The notes: generated from the sequence alone by a model not told the origin. Numbered from the stretch's first letter, positions 24,168-33,816 are shown. The stretch is DNA of 64,000 bases from an uncultured Clostridia bacterium (GCA_946615965.1 CAMOIC010000002.1:860-64859); one strand, 5' to 3'. A program made the numbers and translations.

Positions 24168-25370
24168 CTATTTATTATCGTCTTTATCTGGCTTTTTATC
24201 CCTGCTACTTTTTAGTTCAACAAACACCGTTTTATCTACTTTGTTTAGCACATTTGAAACAGTATCTTTTATAATGTTCCACCATTCTGAACCTTTATCT
24301 AAAATATAATTCATTGATGTGTATTTTAAGAATGTTGTTATAAAGTTTAATAATTTTGCTCTTTCATCTTTTGGTAATTTTCTAAACTCGTCATAGAAAG
24401 CTTTTGCGTCTTCTTTTCTTAGGTACAAGTCATCCATATACGCAACATTTGCATTATTAATTGTTTTGAATAGTAAATCAATAAGTTCTCTTCTTTCTGT
24501 TGCTGTATATGTAACTAATAAATCATCAGATGTTGTATTCATATTCTCAGAGAATTCTTGTAAATCACTAACAAAATCAAAAGTTCCATCTTGTTTAATT
24601 ACCCAAGAATGAGCCCAGTGTTGCATTAAGAATGATCTATCCGAATTAACAATTCTATATTTTGTATCTTTATCGTTATGTAGAAGTCTACCAACACATG
24701 ATTGTGGTGGAATAAATTTGAAAATTCTATCTTTTATTTCTTTATAGGTTGGATAAGTATAGAAATAATCAAAAAATCCTGGGCCATCATAGTTATAAAC
24801 GACCTCGATTTTATCTTGTATATCCTTTTCCATTTTTGCAGAAGCATATGCTGCTAAATTACCACCTTTAGAGTGTCCTACAACAATTACCTTTTTAACA
24901 GATCTTTGCTTTAAAAATGCTCTTAAAAACTTCTCAGCTCTATCTTGTGCTGGAACTGGGAACATGTATGTCATTTCTAAGTCTTCTTTCCAACCAATAG
25001 CAGTACCATCTGTTCCTCTAAATGCTACAACGTAGTATCCTTTAGATAGCTCAAAAGCAGTAACAGAAAATTGCATAACAATATCTATATCAAAATCAGA
25101 ATATTGCTCTACGATTTTTATATTTTGGAATCTCTTTGAATAAGCTATTGCCTTTAAAAGTAATGGGTCTTGCTCATATAGATTTCTCGTTCTTGTAGCT
25201 AGTTCAATTTCTTGATCGTTTAAATTTATTAATTTAAATGGCTTCTTTAATTCTGAGAAATTATAATAAGCCATTTGCGCAAAAACCATGCCATCTACTT
25301 CAGATAGTGGCATGTCCTTAAATGTCTTATTCCTATATTGAACTACATAATCAGTTACATTCATAATCAC
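24168..25370 (-). CDS. Alpha/beta hydrolase, DUF2974 (Mbeg1-like) type
   Basis: Nucleophile elbow VVGHSKGGNLAAYAS. The N-terminal FAQMAYYNF and AFRGTDGT blocks are typical of lipase-class-3-like DUF2974 proteins. The exact start is ambiguous (GTG 25370 or ATG 25364). Confidence 0.6.
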   Translation of the reverse strand: MIMNVTDYVVQYRNKTFKDMPLSEVDGMVFAQMAYYNFSELKKPFKLINLNDQEIELATRTRNLYEQDPLLLKAIAYSKRFQNIKIVEQYSDFDIDIVMQFSVTAFELSKGYYVVAFRGTDGTAIGWKEDLEMTYMFPVPAQDRAEKFLRAFLKQRSVKKVIVVGHSKGGNLAAYASAKMEKDIQDKIEVVYNYDGPGFFDYFYTYPTYKEIKDRIFKFIPPQSCVGRLLHNDKDTKYRIVNSDRSFLMQHWAHSWVIKQDGTFDFVSDLQEFSENMNTTSDDLLVTYTATERRELIDLLFKTINNANVAYMDDLYLRKEDAKAFYDEFRKLPKDERAKLLNFITTFLKYTSMNYILDKGSEWWNIIKDTVSNVLNKVDKTVFVELKSSRDKKPDKDDNK

Positions 25371-25406
25371 CTACAGCAATAATATTTTATCATATTTAAT
25401 TTATTT

Positions 25407-25415
25407 TGCTATAAT
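25407..25415 (+). promoter_or_regulatory. Extended -10 promoter (TGcTATAAT) directly abutting the rqcH start codon
   Basis: TGCTATAAT at 25407-25415. The ATG at 25422 is only 6 nt after the -10, with no Shine-Dalgarno sequence. Confidence 0.45.
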
Positions 25416-25421
25416 ATCAAT

Positions 25422-27149
25422 ATGCCTAGTGATTATATAACAATTAACGCATTAACAAAAGAGTTAAATTCAATTCTATCTTTAGGAAAGATAGATAAAG
25501 TTGTTATGCCTGAAAAAGATGAAGTTGTTCTAGCAATTAGAGCAAACAATCAAACATATGCACTAGCCATTTCATGTAATGCTTCTAATCCAAGAATGCA
25601 CATAACTCACCAAAAGAAATTAAATCCACTTGTTGCTCCAGCATTTTGTATGCATTTAAGAAAACACCTTGTAAATGGAAATATAACAAGTATTCATACT
25701 ATCAACGAAGATAGAATTATTTCCATAGATGTACTAACAAAGAATGAAATGCGCGATGAAGTAACATATAAGTTAATTATTGAAATGATGGGTAGATATT
25801 CAAACATTATTGTTGTTAACCAAAATGACACAATAACTGATGCACTAAAGCAAGTTCCATTTGATGTAATGACAAAAAGAACATTAGTTCCTGGTGCAAA
25901 ATATCTAGTTCCAGAACAAACAAAGATTACTTTATCTAATACTGAAGCAATTGAAACACTTTTTAGAAACTATATCGGAACAAGCATTTCACAAATGCTA
26001 TCTAATAATATTTCAGGTATTGCAAAATCTACAGCTATAGAAATTGTTGAGTTTGCAGGAATTGAAGATGCTAAACAAAATTTAAGTGATGAAGATATTA
26101 AGAGTTTAATTAAAGCATTAAATATTTTTGAGAATATTTATAACACAAAGTATTACGCACCATGTACTTCAATCACTAATGATATATCTCAAGATTATTA
26201 TGTTTGCAAATATAAAGATATAACTGAGTATAAATCATTCAAAACATTAAACGAAGCAATCGAGGATTGCCTTGCTAAAAAAGATGAAGTATTTAGACAA
26301 CAAGAAAGAACTAAATATCTAACTAAAGCATATAATTCATATTTATCTAAATGCAAAAAGAAACTTGAGAAAGTTACACAAAGATTCTCTGAAGCTCAAA
26401 CAAAAGAAACATATAGAATCTATGGTGAATTGATTATTTCAAATATCTATAAAATCAATAAGGGAGATACTAAAGCTACTGTTACAAATTACTATGATGA
26501 GAATCAAGCAGATGTAACTATTAAGCTTGATGAAACTCTATCCCCTCAACAAAATGCTCAAGCATATTTTAAAAAGTATAATAAACTAAAACATTCTGAA
26601 GAAGTTTCTATTGAGCAAATGGAAGAACTTGAGAATGATATTGAATATTTAAAATCTATTGAGCCATATATATTAATGGCAAAAACTCCACAAGAAATTT
26701 TAGATGTCCAAAAAGAATTAGAAAGTATTGGCGCTTTAAAATCTACTACTCAAAAGAAAGGCGCAAAGAAAGAAAAAGAAACACCACCACTTACATATTT
26801 ATGTGATGATTTTGTAATACTTGTTGGTAAAAATAACTTACAGAACGATAAAATCACATTCAAGATTGCTAATGGTGGGGATATGTGGTTGCACACAAAA
26901 ACATTCCATGGTTCACATACTGTAATTATTACAGAAGGAAGAGAAATACCTAATAACGTATTACAAACTGCATGTGAGATTTGTGCTGCATATTCTAATT
27001 GTGGAGATGAAACAAAAGTAGAAGTTGATTATACATTTAGAAAGAATGTTAAAAGGCACCCTAACAAGAAACCTGGTATGGTTTTATATGAAGTTTATCA
27101 AACTGCTGTTGTATCGCCAAATAAACACGAAAACTTATTACAAAAATAA
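25422..27149 (+). CDS. rqcH: Ribosome quality control factor RqcH (FbpA/NFACT family)
   Basis: 575 aa. NFACT-N N-terminus, central coiled coil, and NFACT-R motif GGDMWLHTKTFHGSHTVI. Confidence 0.85.
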   Translation: MPSDYITINALTKELNSILSLGKIDKVVMPEKDEVVLAIRANNQTYALAISCNASNPRMHITHQKKLNPLVAPAFCMHLRKHLVNGNITSIHTINEDRIISIDVLTKNEMRDEVTYKLIIEMMGRYSNIIVVNQNDTITDALKQVPFDVMTKRTLVPGAKYLVPEQTKITLSNTEAIETLFRNYIGTSISQMLSNNISGIAKSTAIEIVEFAGIEDAKQNLSDEDIKSLIKALNIFENIYNTKYYAPCTSITNDISQDYYVCKYKDITEYKSFKTLNEAIEDCLAKKDEVFRQQERTKYLTKAYNSYLSKCKKKLEKVTQRFSEAQTKETYRIYGELIISNIYKINKGDTKATVTNYYDENQADVTIKLDETLSPQQNAQAYFKKYNKLKHSEEVSIEQMEELENDIEYLKSIEPYILMAKTPQEILDVQKELESIGALKSTTQKKGAKKEKETPPLTYLCDDFVILVGKNNLQNDKITFKIANGGDMWLHTKTFHGSHTVIITEGREIPNNVLQTACEICAAYSNCGDETKVEVDYTFRKNVKRHPNKKPGMVLYEVYQTAVVSPNKHENLLQK

Positions 27150-27150
27150 T

Positions 27151-28068
27151 TTAATTATTTCCACCACGTAATTTATCTAAAACTTGTTGAAAATATTCTG
27201 GAATAGGAGCAGTAAATGACATATGCTCTTTTGTTCTTGGATGTGTGAATTCAAGCTTAAATGCATGAAGTAATTGCCCATTCAAATTAAACTTATTTGA
27301 ACCACCATATACAGGATCTCCAACAATAGGATGGCCAATGTGTTTAGAGTGTACTCTAATTTGGTGAGTTCTTCCCGTTTTTAATTCATATTCCATTAAT
27401 GTATAATGTGGAAACCTTTCAATAACTTTATAGTTAGTGATAGCAATTCTACCTTTAGATTGAGATACTGCCATCATTTTTCTATCTTTTGTAGATCTAT
27501 CTATTAATGTTGTTATATTTCCACTATCTTTTGTAACTACACCATCAACAAGAGCCGTATAGAATCTCTTAGCTGATTTTGATGCAATTTGTTCTTGTAA
27601 ATCAATATGAGCTTCGTTGTTTTTAGCAACTACTAATAAGCCAGATGTGTCTTTATCTAATCTATGAACTATACCTGGTCTTATAACCCCATTGATATCA
27701 CTTAGATTCTTTAAATGGAAAAGTAATGCATTTACTAAAGTATGAGAATATGAACCAGGAGCAGGATGAACAACCATACCTTGTGGTTTATTAATAACGG
27801 CTAAGTCGTCATCTTCATAGACTATGTCTATAGGAATGTCCTCTGGTTCTACATTTAAAACCTCAGCTTCAGGAATAGATGCCTCAATTACATCATTTTC
27901 TTTAACTATATATCCAGCTTTTTTAATTGAATTTGAATTAACTAAAATATGTTGATCTTCAATTAGATTCTTAACATAAGATCTTGAAATATCTAATTCT
28001 TCATTTAAATAAATATCTATTCTCTTTCCAGCATCTTCTGCAGGAACAACTATAGTTCTATTCTCCAT
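27151..28068 (-). CDS. rluD: 23S rRNA pseudouridine synthase, RluD subfamily
   Basis: S4 domain followed by HRLDKDTSGLLVVAK and the RTHQIRVH motifs. Confidence 0.85.
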   Translation of the reverse strand: MENRTIVVPAEDAGKRIDIYLNEELDISRSYVKNLIEDQHILVNSNSIKKAGYIVKENDVIEASIPEAEVLNVEPEDIPIDIVYEDDDLAVINKPQGMVVHPAPGSYSHTLVNALLFHLKNLSDINGVIRPGIVHRLDKDTSGLLVVAKNNEAHIDLQEQIASKSAKRFYTALVDGVVTKDSGNITTLIDRSTKDRKMMAVSQSKGRIAITNYKVIERFPHYTLMEYELKTGRTHQIRVHSKHIGHPIVGDPVYGGSNKFNLNGQLLHAFKLEFTHPRTKEHMSFTAPIPEYFQQVLDKLRGGNN

Positions 28069-28648
28069 CTGTAGAATCTACCTTTTCTACATTTTCTGAA
28101 GATACTTCGGCTTTTGCTTTTTCAGCTCTTAATTTCTCTATTTTAGCCTTAGAATAGAAATCTGCTTCACTAAATTCGAAGATAATATATAGGATTAGCA
28201 TTATTACGCCGCCAAGCAAGAATAAGTCTGCAATATTACCTATAGCAAAATCTATACCAAACCAAGTTTCTAAGAATACATAATCAATAAAGTCTCTAAC
28301 ATATCCTAAAACAATTCTATCTACTACATTGCCTAAAGCACCTGCAGCAATCATGATACAACCGATTCTTAAGTTCTTTGGAGTATTAGGTCTTAAAACT
28401 AATAATAAAGTAATTCCGATAATAGCAATTATTGGCATCATTGTTAGAAACAATGTTTTTCCAGATAACATACTAAATGAAGCGCCAATATTTCTTGCTA
28501 AACGAACAGTAAATATACCTTCCCATACTGTATATGAATTACCACTGCTTAATAAATCAAAAACTATAGATTTTGAAATCAAATCTATAGCAACCATAGC
28601 AGCAAAAAATGCAACTTCTATAATGTATTTAATATATTTCTTATTCAT
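28058..28648 (-). CDS. lspA: Lipoprotein signal peptidase II
   Basis: Four TM segments, NIGASFSM and GNVVDR...VRDFI catalytic Asp motifs. Has a roughly 40-aa charged C-terminal extension. Confidence 0.85.
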   Translation of the reverse strand: MNKKYIKYIIEVAFFAAMVAIDLISKSIVFDLLSSGNSYTVWEGIFTVRLARNIGASFSMLSGKTLFLTMMPIIAIIGITLLLVLRPNTPKNLRIGCIMIAAGALGNVVDRIVLGYVRDFIDYVFLETWFGIDFAIGNIADLFLLGGVIMLILYIIFEFSEADFYSKAKIEKLRAEKAKAEVSSENVEKVDSTDGE

Positions 28649-29337
28649 TAGTCGTTATTACCAACAATACCCATACCGCCTGGTGTTAAAGCAAACTTCT
28701 TTTCACCTATAGCTTGTTGAGTTCCACCAAGTGCAAATACAGCACCTGCTAAATAATCTATAACTCTTTGTGATTCTTTTTCATTAATTCTTGAGCAATC
28801 AACAATAACTGGGTCTCCACCTTGTAAGACATTGATAATACCCTTAACATCTTCAATTGATCTTGGTGTAGCCATACGTAAATATTGCTTACCAGCCATT
28901 GGATTTACAGGTACTTCTTGAGTCTTTCTCATAAATGAGAAGAAACCGCCCTTCTTTTTTTGTTGAGGTCTTTGTTGTTGTATTGGTTGTTGACGAGCAT
29001 AATCAAATTGATCCTCAAAATCTTGATTAGATAATTGTCCTCTTTGTTGCTCAAATTGAATTGGAGCACCAGGATTTGGTTGAATATTTTGAGGTTGAAT
29101 TGGTTGTGTTGTATAAACTGGTCTATATGGTTGTTGAGGATAGCTAGGAGCACCATTTTGTGGGAATATTGGTTGGACTGGAGCTTGTGGTTGCATAGGT
29201 TGTTGAGGTTGATAAGTTCTATCCATTCTGCCCATGTTTGGATCAGATGGCGCTTGATATCTACTTTGATATGGATTTCCACCCATATTATTTTGATTAT
29301 TATTGAACATGTCACCTCTTCTATTGAAGTCGTCCAT
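28648..29337 (-). CDS. sepF: Cell division protein SepF with a long Q/P-rich N-terminal extension
   Basis: C-terminal DUF552 core: RMATPRSIEDVKGIINVLQGGDPVIVDCSRINEKESQRVIDYLAGAVFALGGTQQAI. Strong RBS AGGAGGAAGGGG before the ATG at 29337. Downstream of ylmE, as in other Firmicutes. Confidence 0.8.
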   Translation of the reverse strand: MDDFNRRGDMFNNNQNNMGGNPYQSRYQAPSDPNMGRMDRTYQPQQPMQPQAPVQPIFPQNGAPSYPQQPYRPVYTTQPIQPQNIQPNPGAPIQFEQQRGQLSNQDFEDQFDYARQQPIQQQRPQQKKKGGFFSFMRKTQEVPVNPMAGKQYLRMATPRSIEDVKGIINVLQGGDPVIVDCSRINEKESQRVIDYLAGAVFALGGTQQAIGEKKFALTPGGMGIVGNND

Positions 29338-29348
29338 TCCCCTTCCTC

Positions 29349-30056
29349 CTACTTATTATAATTTCTCTCACCAAATAAAACTCTACCTAATCTTACCATA
29401 GTAGAGCCACCATATTCAATCGCTAACTCATAATCATTTGTCATTCCGCATGATAAAATGTCAATTTTATGATTAGATTTTGCAATTTCTTGTAAATGTC
29501 TATATAAATGATTGAAATCAATATACATATTCTTAAGAGCTTCTTTATCTTCCATATTAGGTAAAACACTCATAAGTCCTCTAATTCTAATATTAGGATA
29601 CTTATCTAGCATTTCCATAAAAGAATCTAATTCTTCTTTAGCAATACCACCCTTAGTAATTTCAGAACCCATATTAACTTCAATCAAGCAATCCATAACT
29701 TTGTTATGCTTTATTGCTTGCTTATTTATCTCTTGTGCTAATGATTCTCTATCTAGTGAATGAATTAAAACAACTTTATCTATAATGTACTTAACTTTGT
29801 TAGATTGAAGTTGACCAATCATATGCCAATTAAGATTTAGACCAGATTCATATTTTTCTTGGATCTCTTGAACATGATTCTCCCCAACATCTGTTAAAAG
29901 ATTGTTAGATTGAATCATTTCAATAAGTTCTTTTGGATTCAATTTAGTAGCACCAATTAGTGTTACTTTATCTGTTCTATTTGCACGCTTTAGTGCGGCG
30001 TCTATTTTCTTTTGGCATTCAGCTATACTCTTTTTTAAATCTTCAAGTTCTACCAT
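29349..30056 (-). CDS. ylmE: PLP homeostasis protein YggS/YlmE
   Basis: 235 aa. The LIGATKLNP(K), GENHVQE, WHMIGQLQSNK and RLGRVLFGER blocks are typical of the family. Confidence 0.85.
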   Translation of the reverse strand: MVELEDLKKSIAECQKKIDAALKRANRTDKVTLIGATKLNPKELIEMIQSNNLLTDVGENHVQEIQEKYESGLNLNWHMIGQLQSNKVKYIIDKVVLIHSLDRESLAQEINKQAIKHNKVMDCLIEVNMGSEITKGGIAKEELDSFMEMLDKYPNIRIRGLMSVLPNMEDKEALKNMYIDFNHLYRHLQEIAKSNHKIDILSCGMTNDYELAIEYGGSTMVRLGRVLFGERNYNK

Positions 30057-30095
30057 TGCGATAATTCCTCTTATTTCAAAGATATTATAGCATAA

Positions 30096-31970
30096 TTATC
30101 TTTTCAAGTGTTCTTGATATCGATCTAAATCTGAACACAGCAATTTAATGATATAATTTTTAGTTTTTGATTCTGTTTTAATACCCTCTAATTTCTTTTT
30201 TAAATCTATTAAATACATCTGCTCGGAACCAAAAAAATCATAAGAATTACCTATACCGTATATCCTTAACAATAAACTCCTAAACATATTTAATTCATCA
30301 TTGTCTGCATCTTTTATATAATTACAAACTTTATCTATCTCATATTTTGAAATAAACTCCTTTCTTTCAAAAGCAGTTGAAATAATCTTTTCAATTTCAG
30401 ATTCTTGCATATTTTTCAAAGAAATAAGCATTTTCCCTTCTGATAAATCATATAGTTTTTCATTATGTGCAGTGATATTATTTTTAATTCTATCAATACT
30501 TTCTAGGAAAGGTTTTTCATTTTGAACTACACTATAATCTGGCCATAATAATTCGATTTCTTTATTGCTTGCCTTTATGTTTTTTATAAGAATATCTTCA
30601 AATTCTCGAATTCCAATAATTTCTTCAAATTTATATGCTTTCACATAGGTATAATAGTAGTTAATTGCTAATAGAGAATACTCTAATTCCATCTTATTCT
30701 TAGAGACTGCATCAATCATGCATTTTATATTAGTAGATATTTCTTCATCACTTAATTCAACCCAGGAACCTCTTAAAACCAATAAATACATAGGAATCTC
30801 TTCTTGAGGCATAAAATAAAATGACTCATCAAGTTCCTCAATTTCTTTTTGTATTTTATCACTTATTTTTTGATAATTAACAAACTCCTTAATACTTGGT
30901 AATGTAGTCACATTAAAATCAATATTATTTACAACAGTTTTAGGATTTCGATATTTTATAGTATCTAATAAAACATTTATAATTAACGACTCCTTAATTT
31001 TAACGTCATTATTAATCTTTGAGAAATCTACATATTCATACAGTTTATTCAAGTTATCAAGAAAGGTTATAAGGGTTCTAAGATTATTACATGAGCAATT
31101 ATAAATACATTTTATAATATTCTCTTTATTATTTATTACATCCTCATATATATTTTCATATCTAGACATTTTTGCTAACTTGTCAAAAAAAACATTCACA
31201 TCAAATCTAAATACTACGGTGTTGTTAATAGTTTTTTCCTTAATAATGTCATAATCTCTAATGTCTCTTATTGACTCCATCATACTATTTAACGAATCTT
31301 TTGAATCAGGGTTTTTACTTTGAGTTGTTTTCAGCATAATAGACGACACCAGCATTATATCCTTATTATTATCATGGTCTATCGAATCTATTAATTCTTT
31401 TTCATCACCAATAACAACAACCCTATAACGAGGTTCTTCTGTAAACTCATTCAAATAACCAAACAATTCTTTGTAATCAATGCGACATCTCTCTATGTCA
31501 TCAAAAAACATAACAACTTTTTTAGTAGAATTAATAATTAAATCCGCAACCCAAGTAAACTCTATATTATCAATTCCGCTTATATCTTTCCCTTTAAATG
31601 CTGCAACAATTTTTCCAACAGATTTACCAAAATTAGCAATTTTAGAATCTGAAAACCAAGTAACAAACGAACAAACCTTTTTTGAAATACTATTCTTTAT
31701 ATCATCTATTTTTGAGATTCCATTTAAAGAAACATATATATATAATATATCCTTCTCGTTCTGAGCATTCTTATTCTTAATGTAGTTATTTATATAGTAT
31801 GATTTACCAGATCCCCAGGGACCATTTATAAACAGTGCTCCATATGGATTATCATTTTCTAAATAATAGTCTAGCGCTTTCGTTAAAGTATTATGATTCT
31901 TTAGTATCTCCGAATCCACCCTTCCAGAAAGCACATCATTATCAATATTGCTGTTTTTTTTATAAGCCAT
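30096..31970 (-). CDS. KAP-family P-loop NTPase (soluble form)
   Basis: Walker A INGPWGSGKSYY and Walker B/KAP signature VVMFFDDIERC. Long helical C-terminal region. I prefer the start at 31970 (GGAGG RBS) over 31988. Confidence 0.7.
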   Translation of the reverse strand: MAYKKNSNIDNDVLSGRVDSEILKNHNTLTKALDYYLENDNPYGALFINGPWGSGKSYYINNYIKNKNAQNEKDILYIYVSLNGISKIDDIKNSISKKVCSFVTWFSDSKIANFGKSVGKIVAAFKGKDISGIDNIEFTWVADLIINSTKKVVMFFDDIERCRIDYKELFGYLNEFTEEPRYRVVVIGDEKELIDSIDHDNNKDIMLVSSIMLKTTQSKNPDSKDSLNSMMESIRDIRDYDIIKEKTINNTVVFRFDVNVFFDKLAKMSRYENIYEDVINNKENIIKCIYNCSCNNLRTLITFLDNLNKLYEYVDFSKINNDVKIKESLIINVLLDTIKYRNPKTVVNNIDFNVTTLPSIKEFVNYQKISDKIQKEIEELDESFYFMPQEEIPMYLLVLRGSWVELSDEEISTNIKCMIDAVSKNKMELEYSLLAINYYYTYVKAYKFEEIIGIREFEDILIKNIKASNKEIELLWPDYSVVQNEKPFLESIDRIKNNITAHNEKLYDLSEGKMLISLKNMQESEIEKIISTAFERKEFISKYEIDKVCNYIKDADNDELNMFRSLLLRIYGIGNSYDFFGSEQMYLIDLKKKLEGIKTESKTKNYIIKLLCSDLDRYQEHLKR

Positions 31971-31987
31971 AATATATAACCTCCACA

Positions 31988-32024
31988 TAAAAAATGCTGT
32001 CTTATACTTAGATAAAACAGCATT
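31988..32024 (-). terminator. Intrinsic terminator after tRNA-Gln, directly upstream of the KAP gene
   Basis: Minus strand AAUGCUGU-(16 nt)-ACAGCAUU followed by UUUUUAU. It ends about 18 nt before the KAP start codon. Confidence 0.55.
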
Positions 32025-32123
32025 AAAATATCAGACAATATTACTTACTTCTAGCCGCATTATCTAGCCTTTATAATTTTAACATATTTAATCATAAATA
32101 TATGTAAAAACAAATTAAAAATA

Positions 32124-32199
32124 TGGCAGCGGTAGTTGGATTCGAACCAACGAAATGTGGGTGTCAGAGGCCCATGCCTTACCGCTTGGCGATACCGCT
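32124..32199 (-). tRNA. tRNA-Gln (anticodon CUG)
   Basis: Minus strand AGCGGTATCGCCAAGCGGTAAGGCATGGGCCTCTGACACCCACATTTCGTTGGTTCGAATCCAACTACCGCTGCCA. Acceptor AGCGGTA/TACCGCT, anticodon loop CU-CUG-AC, T-arm GGTTCGAATCC, encoded CCA. Confidence 0.85.
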
Positions 32200-32257
32200 A
32201 CAAATACCTACTCTATTAAACAATATTTCAGTGTTATTTTCAAGGTTAAAACTCAAA

Positions 32258-32286
32258 TTGACAAATAAAATGTCTATCTATATAAT
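32258..32286 (+). promoter_or_regulatory. Consensus sigma-A promoter of the SRP RNA
   Basis: TTGACA (32258-63), 17 nt, TATAAT (32281-86). Confidence 0.7.
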
Positions 32287-32289
32287 TAA

Positions 32290-32564
32290 GATATCGTGCT
32301 AGGCGGGCAGATAGTGGTGGCCTGTTACCTACAATCCACTTTAGTAGGGCCGAAATGCCAATAGCGGTTTTACCTATGTAAGGCTGCCTTAAGCAAGTGA
32401 TGTTGATATCAAGGTCTTGTGCAATTGAACGCTGTGAACCATGTCAGGACCTGACCGTAGCAGCATTAAGCAGATTGTTTGATGTGCCACGAGGTAGCTT
32501 TGAGGGAGTTAACTACTTTTGTACCGCTTGGGTAGATATTATCAATATTGGAGGCACGATCTTG
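32290..32564 (+). ncRNA. ffs: Signal recognition particle RNA, large (Bacillus-type, with Alu domain)
   Basis: TCGTGCTAGGCGGGCAG...GGCCGAAATGCC (Alu-domain motifs) and the helix-8 core GTGAACCATGTCAGGACCTGACCGTAGCAGCATTAAGC. The 5'/3' ends pair (ATCGTGC/GCACGAT). About 275 nt. Confidence 0.85.
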
Positions 32565-32576
32565 AAAAGAAAAAAA

Positions 32577-32600
32577 AAGAGCCGAAGCTCTTTATTTTTT
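32577..32600. terminator. Bidirectional intrinsic terminator (SRP RNA / membrane-protein gene)
   Basis: AAGAGC-CGAA-GCTCTT flanked by an A9 run upstream and T-runs downstream. Confidence 0.7.
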
Positions 32601-33371
32601 TTACTCTACTGAATCAACAGTTTCTTTATTGTTTTCCCCTTTTTCCCTACCTAATACCTTATACATCTTAGGAAAAACAGGTCTATAGTCAAATAATTTA
32701 TCTAGCAGTTTTCCCCATATAGCAATAATAGGAGCATTAATAATTGTTGTAACAATTGTACCTAATCCCATGCTATGGAAATTGCTATACCAAATAGTTG
32801 TCCAATCAAACTTATCTACATCTCTAAATATAACTAAAGCAAGAGTAATTGAAGTAACTAGATATATCATATCTACAACCCACTTTACTTTATTAATTTT
32901 CCATCTATATCTATCTGAGATTTCACTAACTACAAGTTCAGGAGCTTCAAGTGGCATATATGTTCTAAAGAAGCATGCGACACCAAAAGCTGTACAAGTA
33001 TCACCTATTATTAGCATAACCCATCTTAGAGCAACACCTTCAAATGGATCAGAACCTAGTATTAGTACCCATAAATCTAATAGATATCCATATAAAACCG
33101 CTACAGCAAAAGCAAGTAGATATCTCCAGTTAAATCTTTGAACTATAATGCATAAAAGAATTAATGTTATTCCTTGGAATAAATATTCTGTAACACCTAG
33201 TGAAAAGAATGAAGATAAATTCTCTATTGCTTCATGAATAACAAATGTAGGTGCTGCAATCATAGAAACACCTAAGTTTGCTTTTGAGCAAATAGCAACG
33301 CCTAGTGCTACAAACACTAGACCAAAAAGCCACATTAATTCACCGGCTTTTTCAAACTTGTTAGTCTTCAT
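32601..33371 (-). CDS. Integral membrane protein, YczE/DUF6198-like
   Basis: 256 aa with multiple TM segments. The N-terminal LFGLVFVALGVAICSKANLGVS block resembles the YczE/YitT-related family. Confidence 0.45.
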   Translation of the reverse strand: MKTNKFEKAGELMWLFGLVFVALGVAICSKANLGVSMIAAPTFVIHEAIENLSSFFSLGVTEYLFQGITLILLCIIVQRFNWRYLLAFAVAVLYGYLLDLWVLILGSDPFEGVALRWVMLIIGDTCTAFGVACFFRTYMPLEAPELVVSEISDRYRWKINKVKWVVDMIYLVTSITLALVIFRDVDKFDWTTIWYSNFHSMGLGTIVTTIINAPIIAIWGKLLDKLFDYRPVFPKMYKVLGREKGENNKETVDSVE

Positions 33372-33816
33372 TATTGAATTTCTCTATTGAAACTCCAGCC
33401 TCATCAAACAACTTTAATGAGAATTCATCTGGGTAACCTTGTTCATAAACAACTCTCTTAATACCAGAGTTGATAATTAATCTAGCGCAAATAGTACATG
33501 GTTGATGTGTACAATAAATTGTTGCACCCTCAACTGATATACCTAACTTAGCAGCTTGACAGATAGCATTTTGTTCTGCATGAACAGCATAACATACTTC
33601 TTGTCTTGTTCCTGATGGGATTCCTAATTTAATTCTTATGCACTCGCCACGTTCTGTGCATGATTTGATTCCTGAAGGGGCTCCATTGTAGCCTGTTGTG
33701 ATAATTCTCTTATCTCTAACAATGATTGCTCCAACATGTCTATCTTGCTTATAGCAACTTGACCAAGTTGAAACAAAATTAGCCATTTCCATAAATCTTT
33801 TATCCCATTTATTCAT
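33361..33816 (-). CDS. comEB: Deoxycytidylate (dCMP) deaminase, ComEB-like
   Basis: HAEQNAI and PCTICARLI zinc-binding motifs. 151 aa. Confidence 0.85.
   Translation of the reverse strand: MNKWDKRFMEMANFVSTWSSCYKQDRHVGAIIVRDKRIITTGYNGAPSGIKSCTERGECIRIKLGIPSGTRQEVCYAVHAEQNAICQAAKLGISVEGATIYCTHQPCTICARLIINSGIKRVVYEQGYPDEFSLKLFDEAGVSIEKFNNED

Noticed and set aside
28929-29361. 128-aa (minus) and 108-aa (plus) ORFs overlapping sepF
   Set aside because: They are alternative frames of the P/Q-rich low-complexity region, which is naturally stop-poor. Only the SepF frame has a strong RBS, a conserved C-terminal domain and synteny.
32397-32612. 71-aa plus-strand ORF
   Set aside because: It lies entirely within the SRP RNA and its terminator, so it is an artefact of the locally GC-rich structured RNA.
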